Part shown: positions 31,730 through 42,241 of the stretch, piece by piece | How the letters are laid out: each line of letters opens with the position of its first letter | Position numbering within the stretch: the stretch's first letter is position 1 | Origin: Pelagomonas calceolata | Taxonomy: Eukaryota | Direction of reading: 5' to 3' | Assembly: GCA_918797485.1 (NCBI GenBank) | Contig: CAKKNE010000001.1 | Location: 2,170,001 to 2,234,000 of the forward strand | Length of the DNA stretch: 64,000 nt | The notes under the pieces: model-generated | The model's database searches: none | Seen by the model: only the letters and a program-made list of their open reading frames with translations | Told to the model about the DNA's origin: nothing | Translations under genes and position numbers: made by a program

Positions 31730-32968
31730 CTAGCCCTCCCGCGTCCTCCTCCAATTCTCGAGCGACCGGCGCTTCCGACTCCCGAAGTCGTCGGTGCTCT
31801 TGTTCTCCTGCTGCCACTTCGCCGCGGCGTCGGCCCAGGCCCGGTCGACCAGCTTCAGGCGGTCGACTTCCTTGAGGTCGTGCACGCTGTCGCCGAGCGG
31901 CTCGTCCGGCAATTCGAGTATGGATGAAGGCTCAGCTACAATACGTTGAGCAAATTCAACCGCTTTATCTATGTCCGTGTTGCGCGCATACTCGAGCTGC
32001 CTCTGTAGCGTTGAGGGGTCGTCGAGGGCCAACGAAACGCCTTGCGGTATCAAGGGCGAGAGGCGCGTGTAGTTCTCCCGTAGTAAGAACGAGGCCTCCA
32101 TGTCCGTGGTCATCCCAGACGCGTCGATGACCATCTCCAGCAGATGCGGCGCCCAGTCCGCCAGGCCCAGATCCAGGTCCTTCTCCTTTGCCGTCGGCTC
32201 CACGACGCGCCGCGCCCAGGAGCCCGCGCCGACGCTCAGTACCCTCACGTCGCTCGGATCGAGGCCTAAATGTAGCTTAGCCTTCGCGACGGCGAGCATC
32301 GTCGGGTTGTTCGCCCAGATGCCGCCGTCGCCGTAGTTTTGATATAAGGGTAAGATCGTCGGTGCTGCTGATGAACGCAAGAGCGCGTCAGAGATCTTCA
32401 GTTCCACGTCCGGTCTCGCACCCCTGACGGCGGGCAGGTTCGAAAAGACGGCCGGCCGCCAGCCGCCCTCCCTAGATTGCGAGAGGCGCCAGACCTCGGC
32501 CGACGTTGTACTTGAAGCCTCGCCGTCCACCCTCAACGCGGGTGCCAGAAAATGCTTGGGAAGCTGCGCTACCGTCGCGTCGCCGAAGTACGTACGCAGG
32601 GCGTCCTTCAGCGGTTTATTGGAGAACTTGGCGTCCCAGGCCCTTCGTACAAGATTGCGGGGCCGCCCGAAGATCGCCGGGACGTATTGCTCATAATATG
32701 AAGCTGCTTCTGCTGGTGACGCGCCGCCCGCGAGAAAGGCCGCTAGTATACTACCGGTAGACGTCCCCGCGAAGAGGTCCACTCTATCTAAGAAGCCCGG
32801 TGCTTCATTGGATACTCTTTCTAGTAACCGGATGCTCATGTAGCCGCGGCAGCCGCCTCCATCTAAGCTTAGGATGACGAAGGGCTTCTTGGGCTGGCGC
32901 TGCTGGGAGGAGTGGCGTATTGCATTGACGGCGTGCCGGAGTCGCCGCGCGTGACGCAGCGCTTGCAT
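31730..32968 (-). CDS. Patatin-like phospholipase
   Basis: LSLDGGG, GTSTG, SSAAPT, DGG motifs. Confidence 0.9.
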   Translation of the reverse strand: MQALRHARRLRHAVNAIRHSSQQRQPKKPFVILSLDGGGCRGYMSIRLLERVSNEAPGFLDRVDLFAGTSTGSILAAFLAGGASPAEAASYYEQYVPAIFGRPRNLVRRAWDAKFSNKPLKDALRTYFGDATVAQLPKHFLAPALRVDGEASSTTSAEVWRLSQSREGGWRPAVFSNLPAVRGARPDVELKISDALLRSSAAPTILPLYQNYGDGGIWANNPTMLAVAKAKLHLGLDPSDVRVLSVGAGSWARRVVEPTAKEKDLDLGLADWAPHLLEMVIDASGMTTDMEASFLLRENYTRLSPLIPQGVSLALDDPSTLQRQLEYARNTDIDKAVEFAQRIVAEPSSILELPDEPLGDSVHDLKEVDRLKLVDRAWADAAAKWQQENKSTDDFGSRKRRSLENWRRTREG

Positions 32969-33602
32969 TTTTAAGCACTGCTCTCTCTGAGGGTGCTCTC
33001 AGGGCTTTAACTGCGGTTACGCGTTGACGCACTGAACTTCGATCGTGCGACGCGTGCAATGGGTGTATTAAGCGTTGCGAGGCGGACTGAGAGTCACTGC
33101 GACGGTCAGTGTGGCACGCCGCAGAGTGTGCTTGTGAGCTGTGACTGTGAGGCTGGTGGCCCGAGCTCCGTGAAACGTCGTCCCCGGCCGCAAGCTCTCT
33201 CGAGCATCGTCGGCAGCCGTGTTTCTCTTGATTCGTGCAACCCGGGGCTAAATCATAGTCATACTAGCCCAAAAAAATTGGCTGCAGGCATCGTCACCCT
33301 TTGGCAGCTCAACCAGTGGATTCGGGTGGCAAACACGGACCACGCTGCATCGGAAATTGATACGACACCGTCGTAGCCAAACGTAGACGCCCGACGAGCC
33401 GACACGCCTGCAAATCGGCGGTCAGCAATAAATTTGACAAGTGCCGACCGGCGGTTACGGCACGCCATCGCCGTGACGCACGACGAGCAGTAGCCCGCCG
33501 GTGGTCACGAACGGGACGCCGCGCGTCGTCGGGCTCAAACGCAGCCAATAAAACCAGCCGTACTAGCTACACTCGGCACGCGTTGCTGCAGCATAGGAAA
33601 AA

Positions 33603-35006
33603 ATGAAGCTCCTCGACGTCAAGGAGCGCTGGCTCATGTGCTGGCTCATGTTCATGGGTAGAGGGGTTACCCAGGCCGTGCGCGTTGTACTAGGTGCATT
33701 GATGCCCTTCATCGCCGCGGACCTAGAATTAGACCATCAGGAGAAGGGGACCGTATTAGCCGCCTTCGCGGCGGGCTACATGTGCACGCAGGTGCTGGGC
33801 GGCTGGGCCGCCGACAGGTACGGGGGGCGGGGCCCTATTTTGCTCGCCCTCGGGTCGCTGGGTCTGGGGGCTTATTGCATCCCGTGGTCTGCCGATTTAT
33901 TTGGCGCCAATGGCTTATCCGCTTGTCTATTTGTGATGGGGCTTTGTGAGGGTCCTTCGTATCCGTCGATGGGCACATTGCTGGGACGATGGATCCCGGC
34001 GCACGAACGAAGCAAGGCGGTCTCGATCTCCGATACGGGATCTTCATTAGGTTCTATGTTGACCTTCGCCGTAGCACCTCCATTAGCAACTCTCTACGGC
34101 TGGCGCACGACAATGAGACTCTGGGCCTACGCTTGCTTATTGAGTACGGCCGTATGGTACGTGTACGCCACAAATGGCCCCGACGAGTGCATTCGTATAA
34201 GTGTCAGGGAGCTCGAGTACCTGAGGCAACATGGCATCGGCAAGGCACCCCATCACGACAAAAAAGGCAGGCACGCGCCCTTCCCCTACGCGCTGTTCAG
34301 GTTCTCGCAGGCCTGGGCCGTGATCATCGCCCATGCCGCGTTCAACTTTGGGCGGTATTTCGTGTACAACTCTTTGCTACAGTTCTACGTGGAAGAACTG
34401 GGCACGAGCGCGGTGGCCGCGGGCCAGCACATCTTGGTCGGGCAAATATTTGATTGCATCGGGAAGTTCGGCTTTGCGCCCTTTGCCGATAGAGCGATCC
34501 GAAATAATCCTGCTTCGCGTACAAAAGTGCGGAAAGTTATTTCTGGTGTGGCGTTCGTGGCCTTTGCCGCTTCGATGGCCGGGTTAGCTGTTTCCTACTC
34601 CGTAGCTGCAGCTACGTGTTGGTTGATCGTGGCCAAAATAGCCTCATCAGCACATGTCTGCGGCTTCAAGTCGAACTATTTAGATCTGACGCAGACGCAC
34701 AACGGCGTGCTGACCGGCGTGGGCAACATGATCGCTACATTCGCGTCGACGGTATCACCATTACTTGGTGGTAGTCTGTTAGATGGCAGTCGAAGAGGCT
34801 GGGAGTCCATGTTCCTCACGATCGGGCTGTTGGACCTCGGCGCGGCGGCCTTCTGGTGCGTCTTCGCGTCGGGCGATGGGATCGACGACAAGGTCCTGGC
34901 GGCGAAGGAGTGCGACTCGCCGCGCACCGTGACGGAGGACCCCGAATCAACCACCGTGGTGTCGCCGGCGGTCGGCAAGGCCAGGAAAAGTGCTGCGGTC
35001 GTATAA
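33603..35006 (+). CDS. MFS transporter, SLC17/ACS family (PHT4-like anion/phosphate transporter)
   Basis: GYMCTQVLGGWAADRYGG, GLCEGPSYP, WIPAHERS; ~12 TM helices. Confidence 0.85.
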   Translation: MKLLDVKERWLMCWLMFMGRGVTQAVRVVLGALMPFIAADLELDHQEKGTVLAAFAAGYMCTQVLGGWAADRYGGRGPILLALGSLGLGAYCIPWSADLFGANGLSACLFVMGLCEGPSYPSMGTLLGRWIPAHERSKAVSISDTGSSLGSMLTFAVAPPLATLYGWRTTMRLWAYACLLSTAVWYVYATNGPDECIRISVRELEYLRQHGIGKAPHHDKKGRHAPFPYALFRFSQAWAVIIAHAAFNFGRYFVYNSLLQFYVEELGTSAVAAGQHILVGQIFDCIGKFGFAPFADRAIRNNPASRTKVRKVISGVAFVAFAASMAGLAVSYSVAAATCWLIVAKIASSAHVCGFKSNYLDLTQTHNGVLTGVGNMIATFASTVSPLLGGSLLDGSRRGWESMFLTIGLLDLGAAAFWCVFASGDGIDDKVLAAKECDSPRTVTEDPESTTVVSPAVGKARKSAAVV

Positions 35007-35102
35007 TAATAGATGTGTTAAAGCTGGTCCCTTCGCGGCGGCGGCGTGCGCCTCGAGGCGTGCTCAGATACGCAGCGAAGGCGTCTGGCGAGAGCTTCAG
35101 CC

Positions 35103-35849
35103 TCAGATCGTCGGCGAATCGAACGGCGACTGGTACGGCTCCTTCGCCGAGTCGTCCGGCGCGAGGAACTGGTAGGAGACGACCTTGGGCGCCGGGCGCG
35201 GCGGCGTCAGGCTTGCGCGCGCCGTGGCGGCGCTCGCGGTTTGCGCGTTCGACGCCACGATAACCGTGATGATGCAGAGGGCGACGGCGACGGCGGCGAC
35301 GAGTCCATAGGTTGTGGCCCGCTCCCGCAACCTTTCAATCTCTGATGCCTCGCAGCGAAACGCGGCGAGGCACGCCGCCTCGTCCTCGGCCGCGTCGCAG
35401 CACTGCGTCGTCGAGGCGAAGCCGCCGCATCCAAATAAAGCCCCTTCCGCGGCGAAGTAGTCCGGGGAACACTCGCACGCGTAGGAGCCGACGAGGTTCT
35501 TGCACGTCGCGGAGGCGTCGCACTTGTGGGCCCATGCGCCGGTCGCGGTGCACTCATCCGTATCTTTTACCACAATAATGGTCTCGAAGCACGCGCCGTC
35601 GGAGTTTTCGGCCGTTATCTTGTGCGTGCCCACGCGGTGCAGGCCGAGCTCGCCGTCCCAGCGGATCTTGATGTCGCCGACCTCGGCGGCCTTCTCGCTC
35701 ACGAGGCTCACGACGGGGCCGAGGAGCTCGCTGACGCCCTTGGGCGCCGTGTGCTGTTGAAATTCCAACGAGCGGAGGACCTCGCACTTCGCGGCGGCCG
35801 CGGCGGCCGCGGCGGCCAGGGCGAGTAGGTTTGCGACACGGCGCGCCAT
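35103..35849 (-). CDS. Single-pass membrane protein with a Ca-binding EGF domain
   Basis: DTDEC...CDASATCKNLVGSYACEC; signal peptide and TM helix. Confidence 0.8.
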   Translation of the reverse strand: MARRVANLLALAAAAAAAAAKCEVLRSLEFQQHTAPKGVSELLGPVVSLVSEKAAEVGDIKIRWDGELGLHRVGTHKITAENSDGACFETIIVVKDTDECTATGAWAHKCDASATCKNLVGSYACECSPDYFAAEGALFGCGGFASTTQCCDAAEDEAACLAAFRCEASEIERLRERATTYGLVAAVAVALCIITVIVASNAQTASAATARASLTPPRPAPKVVSYQFLAPDDSAKEPYQSPFDSPTI

Positions 35850-36280
35850 GCTTCCTTTCTCCCCTCTTCCTACGCACCCAGTTAAGCTGGGGCCGGCTGA
35901 TTAGCGAGTAAGACAAAAATTGCCTTTGGCCAAGTTTGATCAAAACCGCTGTGGAGCGATCTCGCGGCGGATCACAAGTATCTGGCCGACTCGCAGGCGA
36001 GCTCTACGCGGCCGAGACGATGCCAGGTCGCCGACGCCGCGCGTAGGGCTTTGGAAACTTGGCTGTGCAAAGCGGTGAAAACCTGTTTTGTTGCCTCGGA
36101 CCCGTCTTTACGTATCCTTCTACCACGTGCGTACGCCCACACGAGACCCCTCGCGCAAGCGCAAACGAACCCGCACGTTTCTGAATGGCTTAATTCGATG
36201 AGGAGCTTCAGGGGCTGCCCAATGCCATTAGTGCTCATCCGCCGCCGCTAAAACTCAGAGACGGAGACAGGCTGCCCAAG

Positions 36281-38461
36281 ATGCCCGCACTAGTCCTCTT
36301 CAAGCGGCGCTACCGCATCGCCTCCGACGACCTCCACCTGCCCGCACTGTGGCTCGCGGGGCTGCGGCTGTTCGGGGCCGTGGTGGTGCTGGTGTACCTC
36401 ATACAAGTGGAAGCGAGGTCCCACCCCGAGTGTAAAGTGAGGCACGGCTTCGCTGCGTTGTTGGGGTGTGTCGCGTTCGTCGGCGCGATCGGTGCGGTTG
36501 GCGCCTTTATCATCGCCGTCGATTCTACGCGAGGCTTGGTGCTTCAGAGGGATGCTAGAAGAACAGCCCGGAAGCTGCTGGAAATAGGACTGGCCTGCTT
36601 TCCCGTGGAGCTGCTGCTCGGCGGGTTATGTGTGTGGGCGGCCTGGTGGGGCGGGTCCGAAACTTGTAGAAGAGAAGGCGGCGATCTCGTACTGCTAAGG
36701 GTCGCGGCTACGTTAACCGCGGTCGCCTACGGGGCTACGGGCATATTTGCAATCATGATATTGGACGCGCACGGCGGCAAAGCTAAGTTGCGAGAGCCCC
36801 TGCGACGCGGCGAAACGCTAGAGGTGCCGCTCCGCGACGTGTCCCTGGAGGACCGGGCACGACTGGCGAGCCTTTGCCACTGCGCGTGTCGGGTCATAGC
36901 GGGGTGCGCCTGCGGGCTGCTGGGCAAGGCGCCCGCCGACGACCACGCGACGCATACGGACCGCACGCCTCGGGGAAAGCGCCTCAAGGCGTCCGCCGCG
37001 TTGTGGGAGGTCGCGGAGCTGTGGAGCGACTGGTGCGGCGCGCTGGACGCCGTGCCTTCCGATCTTGTCGCTGGTATGGCGCTGGTGCGGGCGCGCCAGA
37101 AGCAGGGGGCCCAGAAGTGGCCCTACCGGTCGCAAGTCCACGCGAAAGCCGTCAAGCTCGATCCTAGCGATGAACGACTGGAGACGCTCCAATATTTCGC
37201 GACGTACGCCTTCGCGGTCTACGGCATCGAAATGTCGTGCGCGCGCAATCCCTGTAGAGGTCTCGTGGCCTGCGGCCGGGGTTTGAATCCCTGCTCCAAG
37301 GGCAATCTGGATGATGCTGCCCTCGACTACGATTCTAGAGATGCCAAAGTACTGTTCTTCGACAACGAGGCGGCGCCGAATTCCAGGGTGCCGGTCGCCG
37401 TCATGCACGACGCAGCGAGGGGCGTGATTATCATAACGTGCCGGGGCACCATGTCCCTCGAGGATTGCTTGAGCGACGTGACGTGCGCCGACATCGCCCT
37501 ATCGAGCTTCCAGGAGCCCCGCTTCGAAGAATGCCCTTTCGAGCGTGAGCCCCGATTGGAAGGCCGGGCCCACGCCGGCATGGCCTCGATCGCGTTCAAT
37601 ACGTTGCCATTGGTCCTGCCTCATTTAGATAAGACGTCGGAACCGATTGTGTGCGTCGGCCACTCGTTGGGCGGCGGGGTGGCCCAACTATTGGCCTTCT
37701 TCCTCACGAAGGCGCGGCCCCAACGAGATGTATCTTGTGTTGCCTACGAGTCGCCTGGTACGCTCGTGGACCCGGCCACGGCTCGGGCCATGGACGCGTT
37801 TTGTCTATCGTCGGTCTTGGCCGATGATTTGGTACCGCGGATTGGTGTCCCGCAGCTTTTTGGGCTCAGAGACGCGTGCGTTGATGGTTTGTGCAAGTGC
37901 AAAGTGCCGAAGTGGCGCGCTTTGGCTTCGTTAGCGGCGCGGTACCCCGTGTGTGATAAGCTGTTGGACGAGAATAATGAGGAAGCTTCAGCATTATCGG
38001 AGGCCTGCTGTCAACTGCTAAAAGATGAAGCGCGGGAGGACCTGCGGACGCCGCAGATACTGTGCGTTCCCGGTCGTATTGTGCATTTCGTAAGAGAACA
38101 AAAGGAGCGCCACAACGTGAGCGCGTTCCTTACGGAACGGGACCACTTCGACTCGCTCGTCGTAAGTGCGACGCTCATGACGGACCACTTCCCCTGGAAG
38201 GTGGAAAGAGCGATCGCGGACGCGCGCGCGCCGCCGGCCTCGCGTCGGCTGCGGACCGCCGCAACCGCCGTCGTGGCGGCGCAGCGCCTATCGCCACGTG
38301 ACGACGCGACGGCCGCAAAGCCGACGACCGAGCCTGAGGCCGAGGCCGAGGCGGCTGTCGAGCGCCCGGGCTTCACGCGAAAGCTCTCCTCGTTCCTGTT
38401 CGGGGAGCAGGAGCCGGTCGCCGACTCCGAGATTGCCGTTCGGGCTAGCGACAACATCTAA
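36281..38461 (+). CDS. DAGL: sn1-specific diacylglycerol lipase (lipase class 3)
   Basis: MPALVLFKRRYRIASDD N-terminus, 4 TM helices, RGTMS, AHAG, GHSLGGG, DLVPR. Confidence 0.88.
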   Translation: MPALVLFKRRYRIASDDLHLPALWLAGLRLFGAVVVLVYLIQVEARSHPECKVRHGFAALLGCVAFVGAIGAVGAFIIAVDSTRGLVLQRDARRTARKLLEIGLACFPVELLLGGLCVWAAWWGGSETCRREGGDLVLLRVAATLTAVAYGATGIFAIMILDAHGGKAKLREPLRRGETLEVPLRDVSLEDRARLASLCHCACRVIAGCACGLLGKAPADDHATHTDRTPRGKRLKASAALWEVAELWSDWCGALDAVPSDLVAGMALVRARQKQGAQKWPYRSQVHAKAVKLDPSDERLETLQYFATYAFAVYGIEMSCARNPCRGLVACGRGLNPCSKGNLDDAALDYDSRDAKVLFFDNEAAPNSRVPVAVMHDAARGVIIITCRGTMSLEDCLSDVTCADIALSSFQEPRFEECPFEREPRLEGRAHAGMASIAFNTLPLVLPHLDKTSEPIVCVGHSLGGGVAQLLAFFLTKARPQRDVSCVAYESPGTLVDPATARAMDAFCLSSVLADDLVPRIGVPQLFGLRDACVDGLCKCKVPKWRALASLAARYPVCDKLLDENNEEASALSEACCQLLKDEAREDLRTPQILCVPGRIVHFVREQKERHNVSAFLTERDHFDSLVVSATLMTDHFPWKVERAIADARAPPASRRLRTAATAVVAAQRLSPRDDATAAKPTTEPEAEAEAAVERPGFTRKLSSFLFGEQEPVADSEIAVRASDNI

Positions 38462-38476
38462 TCTTAGTACACCTGG

Positions 38477-39331
38477 CTAGTACTCCACATCAACACCCGC
38501 CCAGTCGATGAATCGCCCCGAGTCGTCCTCTTCTAGGCCATCCACAATGTCGAGGAGCTGCGACGCCGTGAACTCGACGGGAAACAATTTTTCGGGAGCG
38601 ACGCGCGCCTGGAAGGGTCTGGACAGCCCCGTGTCCGTCGTCCCCGGGTGCAGCGCGACGCAGATTGTGCGCTGCCTTCGCAACTCGCGCGCGCAGGTCA
38701 CGGTCGCTTGGTTTAGGGCGGCCTTCGAGAGGCGGTACGAGTACCAGCCGCCCAAACCATTATCCGAGATCGAACCTACTCTCGCGGAAAGGTTCGCGAC
38801 GACGGAGGCCGGCCGCGCGTTCGCACCACCGCGGCGGCCCGCGTGCAATGCTTTCCGTAGGGCCTTCGTGACAAGGATCGGGCCCGCGCAATTCACGTCG
38901 ACGCTTTTGAGCAACCACTCGCGGTCGACCGCGTCGAGCGACCGCTCCGGGCCCCGTTCGCCCTCGTGCAGCACACCTCCCACGTTCCAGAGCGCGTCTA
39001 CGCGGTCGCCGACGGCCGCAGGCAGCGCCTCGATGCTGGCATCGTCGCGAACGTCCAATTTTATGGGCCGCACGCGGTCCAGCGCCGGCGCCCGGCTCGG
39101 GTCGCGGCAGCACGCGTAGACCGTCCCCGCCGTGCGCTCGTGGAGCTGCTCGACGATCGTCGAGCCGATGCCGCCGCTCGCGCCGGTCACGACGAAGACG
39201 GCGTCCGCGTCCGCGTTGCGGGCCGTCGCGTCCGCGGTCGCCGGGAAGAGCTCGCGGACGCGGTGCGGCGGCGGCTTCCAGGAGAGGGCCGAGGCGAGCC
39301 TTACCACGGTGTAGGCCGCAAGCTTGCGCAT
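38477..39331 (-). CDS. SDR, C-factor/CsgA-like
   Basis: TGASGGIG, SARVGSISDNGLGGWYSYRLSKAALN, LHPGTTDT. Confidence 0.9.
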   Translation of the reverse strand: MRKLAAYTVVRLASALSWKPPPHRVRELFPATADATARNADADAVFVVTGASGGIGSTIVEQLHERTAGTVYACCRDPSRAPALDRVRPIKLDVRDDASIEALPAAVGDRVDALWNVGGVLHEGERGPERSLDAVDREWLLKSVDVNCAGPILVTKALRKALHAGRRGGANARPASVVANLSARVGSISDNGLGGWYSYRLSKAALNQATVTCARELRRQRTICVALHPGTTDTGLSRPFQARVAPEKLFPVEFTASQLLDIVDGLEEDDSGRFIDWAGVDVEY

Positions 39332-39566
39332 GGCTGAAGGCTCTTAGGTGTGGTGCACAGCGCCGGGCTCGCGCGGTTTGCCAGTGCAGCGTGTCGAGTG
39401 GTGCTATTGGGCACGAGAAACGACGCCTACGGCAACCACCCCGTCGTAGAGCTGCGCACGGGGCTCGGTCAGCCTGAGAGCGTTTGTGCAGCCTGCCAGC
39501 TAATTTTGCAACTTGCGTGCTCATAGCAGCGCATCGATCCCTATTAATCGAAACAGCTAGAGCAAA

Positions 39567-40298
39567 ATGGCGGCGGCAACCCACGCCATCGTGGGAGCCA
39601 CCGGTGCGGTCGGACGGGCCCTCGCGCAACGCGTTGTGAAGCGTGGTGGCGTGCCACTCCTCGTTGGGCGCTCGGCCGACAAGCTGGACGCGCTCGCCAA
39701 GGAGCACGGCAACGCGCCGATTCTCGTCGCCGACTGTTCCGAGCCAGAGTCGATTGCTGCGGCGTTCAAGGGTGCGGACGCGGACATGTCGAGCCTCGCG
39801 GCGTACGCGTACTGCGCCGGAAGCATCACGCTGAAGCCGGTGCGGCGCGCGTCGTTGGCCGACTTTCGCGAGGCCTTCGACTTGAACACGTTGAGCGCCG
39901 TCGAAGTCTTGAAAGCCATCGAGAAGCCTCTGAAAAAGAACAAGGGCGCGTGCGTCCTCTTCTCGACGATCGCCGTTCAGCAGGGCCTCCCGAACCACGC
40001 CGTCGTGAGCGCCGCGAAGGGCGCCGTCGAGGGCCTGACGCGCGCGCTCGCCGCCGAGTACGCCGCGAGCGGCGTGCGCTTCAACGCCGTCGCGCCGTCG
40101 CTGTCGCGGTCGGCCATGGCCGCGCCGATGATGGAGAAGGAGGCGATCGCGGCGGCGCTCGCGAAGGCGCACCCGCTCGGGCGGCTCGGCGAGCCCGACG
40201 ACCTCGCGGCGCTCGCGGACTTCCTCCTGTCCGGGGACGCGTCCTGGATCACGGGGCAGGTCGTCGGCGTCGACGGCGGACGGTTCGCCGTGGCGTAG
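39567..40298 (+). CDS. Short-chain dehydrogenase/reductase
   Basis: GATGAVG, AAKGAVEGL, NAVAPS, WITGQVVGVDGG. Confidence 0.9.
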   Translation: MAAATHAIVGATGAVGRALAQRVVKRGGVPLLVGRSADKLDALAKEHGNAPILVADCSEPESIAAAFKGADADMSSLAAYAYCAGSITLKPVRRASLADFREAFDLNTLSAVEVLKAIEKPLKKNKGACVLFSTIAVQQGLPNHAVVSAAKGAVEGLTRALAAEYAASGVRFNAVAPSLSRSAMAAPMMEKEAIAAALAKAHPLGRLGEPDDLAALADFLLSGDASWITGQVVGVDGGRFAVA

Positions 40299-40370
40299 TT
40301 TGTGTGTGTAAGGACTTGGTGGAGTATTCTTACGGTGCTAGGACTAGTGGGCGACTTTGTGGCCGATTTT

Positions 40371-40393
40371 GCTAGCGCCTGTAAGACACTAGC
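40371..40393 (+). promoter_or_regulatory. Bipartite motif GCTAGCG-N3-GTAAGACACTAGC
   Basis: Consensus copy about 80 bp upstream of ATG 40471. Confidence 0.55.
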
Positions 40394-40470
40394 AAAAGTT
40401 GCATGCGGCGGCCAGCGGCGTATAGCTGCCCGCATCGCTGCCCGCGCAGCGCTGCCCATACCGCGTAGGA

Positions 40471-41316
40471 ATGGCCCGCCGCCGCGGCCGCCGGCGAGGC
40501 GGTGGTGGCACTGCTGCGCCAGCGCGGCACCCGGTGGGGCTGCCCCGGCTGGATGCCAACTCCCTGTCGTGCGTCGCCGACTTTTGCAGCCTCCAGGACT
40601 GCTGCGCGCTGCGACATCGCATCTCGAAGCGCACGTCTCAACAGCTCGCCCCGGCCGACGCCAGTGAGGCGTTCGCGCGCGCCCGCGTATTACGCCTGGT
40701 CAAGCGCTGGTGGGAGGCTACGCTCCTGCTTAACGAGCACTGCGAAGACACCGTCCTGAGTTGGGTAACGCGCTACGGAAAGAAAAATCATATCGCGCAC
40801 CAGCTGCGCGTCCTCCTCCGGGCTCGGCACGTGCGCACGCTGAGACTCGGAGGGCTGGCTGCTTTCTACGAATACTCTCTTTCCGCAGCAGAGCGTGGTG
40901 TACAACTAAGATGGAATGGCCCGAGGATGGACTTGGTGCCGCGGCCCAGCTGCCTCAGAGGCCTAAACGCCCTCGAGGCCCTGCGCAAAATGGGGTTGCG
41001 GAAATCCCGTAATGTCATGGATCTATACCATCCATCGACATTCATAGGGGGTTGTGCTGAGAGCTTTTATCATTGCTTTCGCCACCAACGGTTCTCCGAG
41101 TTCCTCGCCCTGGATAAAGCCCTGCGCCGCGGCACGCAGCGCCCCCGCGATTGTTTGGTTGGGCCGTGGCGGTTCCTAGAGCAGTCTCTTTGCCGGCATC
41201 ACTGCTTCCGGTGCAATCGCTTCCTCGACCAGCGCCGGCCGGAGTTCCACTTTCGAACGACGCGGCGCGGCGTGACGTGCGGTGTCATCAGAGACGGCGT
41301 CAGTAATAGTTATTGA
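40471..41316 (+). CDS. Hypothetical F-box-like protein; may continue into 41356-41712
   Basis: LPRLDANSLSCVADFCSLQD resembles an F-box; CxxC near the C-terminus. Confidence 0.4.
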   Translation: MARRRGRRRGGGGTAAPARHPVGLPRLDANSLSCVADFCSLQDCCALRHRISKRTSQQLAPADASEAFARARVLRLVKRWWEATLLLNEHCEDTVLSWVTRYGKKNHIAHQLRVLLRARHVRTLRLGGLAAFYEYSLSAAERGVQLRWNGPRMDLVPRPSCLRGLNALEALRKMGLRKSRNVMDLYHPSTFIGGCAESFYHCFRHQRFSEFLALDKALRRGTQRPRDCLVGPWRFLEQSLCRHHCFRCNRFLDQRRPEFHFRTTRRGVTCGVIRDGVSNSY

Positions 41317-42241
41317 CATTCATTCGCACAGGCGGACCCGTGCTCGGCGTGCGCGATGATTCCGTGGTACAAAGCACTTAAGCGGTACCGCCTCACACCG
41401 GCGCAGCTCCCCGGCGTGGATTCGTGGTGTCGGCGGCGAATTATGTGGTGTCGGCGGCAAAATGGTCGTTGGTATTGCGTTCCCATGGTCCGGCAAGCCG
41501 ACGCTGAGGCTGCGCACCGGCGCGCCTGGACACGCGGCGACGCGGAACGAGCGAAGACGCGAGCCAAGAAGAAGAAGCGGAGACGGCAACGCGACGCGGC
41601 GGCGCGGCGGAAGGCATACAATCAGGTGCGTGGATTCGCGGCGTTCGCGTCCTGCCTCCGGGCAGGAGTCGCGATGATCGCGTCTTATGTGACTTCGGGT
41701 TTTATCCCCTGAATGGCGAGTCTTGAGAGTGAGTTAGGGACAATGGTACTTTGTGCCATTCGACTGAGTCCTCTATCGCATTGTAACCACGGCCACGCAC
41801 GAGTATACGAGTGAGTCGACCACTTTCGGGGTTGGCTCACTCGCACAAACACACAGGCGAAGCAGGAGGCGCTCCACGCGGACGGTGCCGCCGCCGCGCT
41901 CGCCGCGTATAACGCGGCTGTGCAGCTGCGCCCCCTGGCGGCGCGAACTCGGGCTAGTCGGAGGGAACTCGCGAACGAGGCTGGGCGCGCGATGATACAT
42001 GACGCCATAGCCCCGCAGCTGCGACGCCTCGGAGTGAGCGAGGCCTTCTTGGCCAACTGGCGGCCCGGAGAACCCCGAACTGAGGACCCGTTCGACGACA
42101 GTTCAAGTTCAATGCTCACCCAGCCCCCCGACGACGAGCCATTCGTACGCCTCCGCTCGTGGTACCCTGCCAGTGACTCGGGCTCAGAAACGGCCAGTGA
42201 CCTTGGGGGGCTTGACTAACTACAGTATGTTGTTAACAGTC

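Noticed and set aside
33603..40298. Possible metabolic gene cluster (transporter, lipases, two SDRs)
   Set aside because: No coherent pathway; consistent with ordinary gene-dense neighbourhood.
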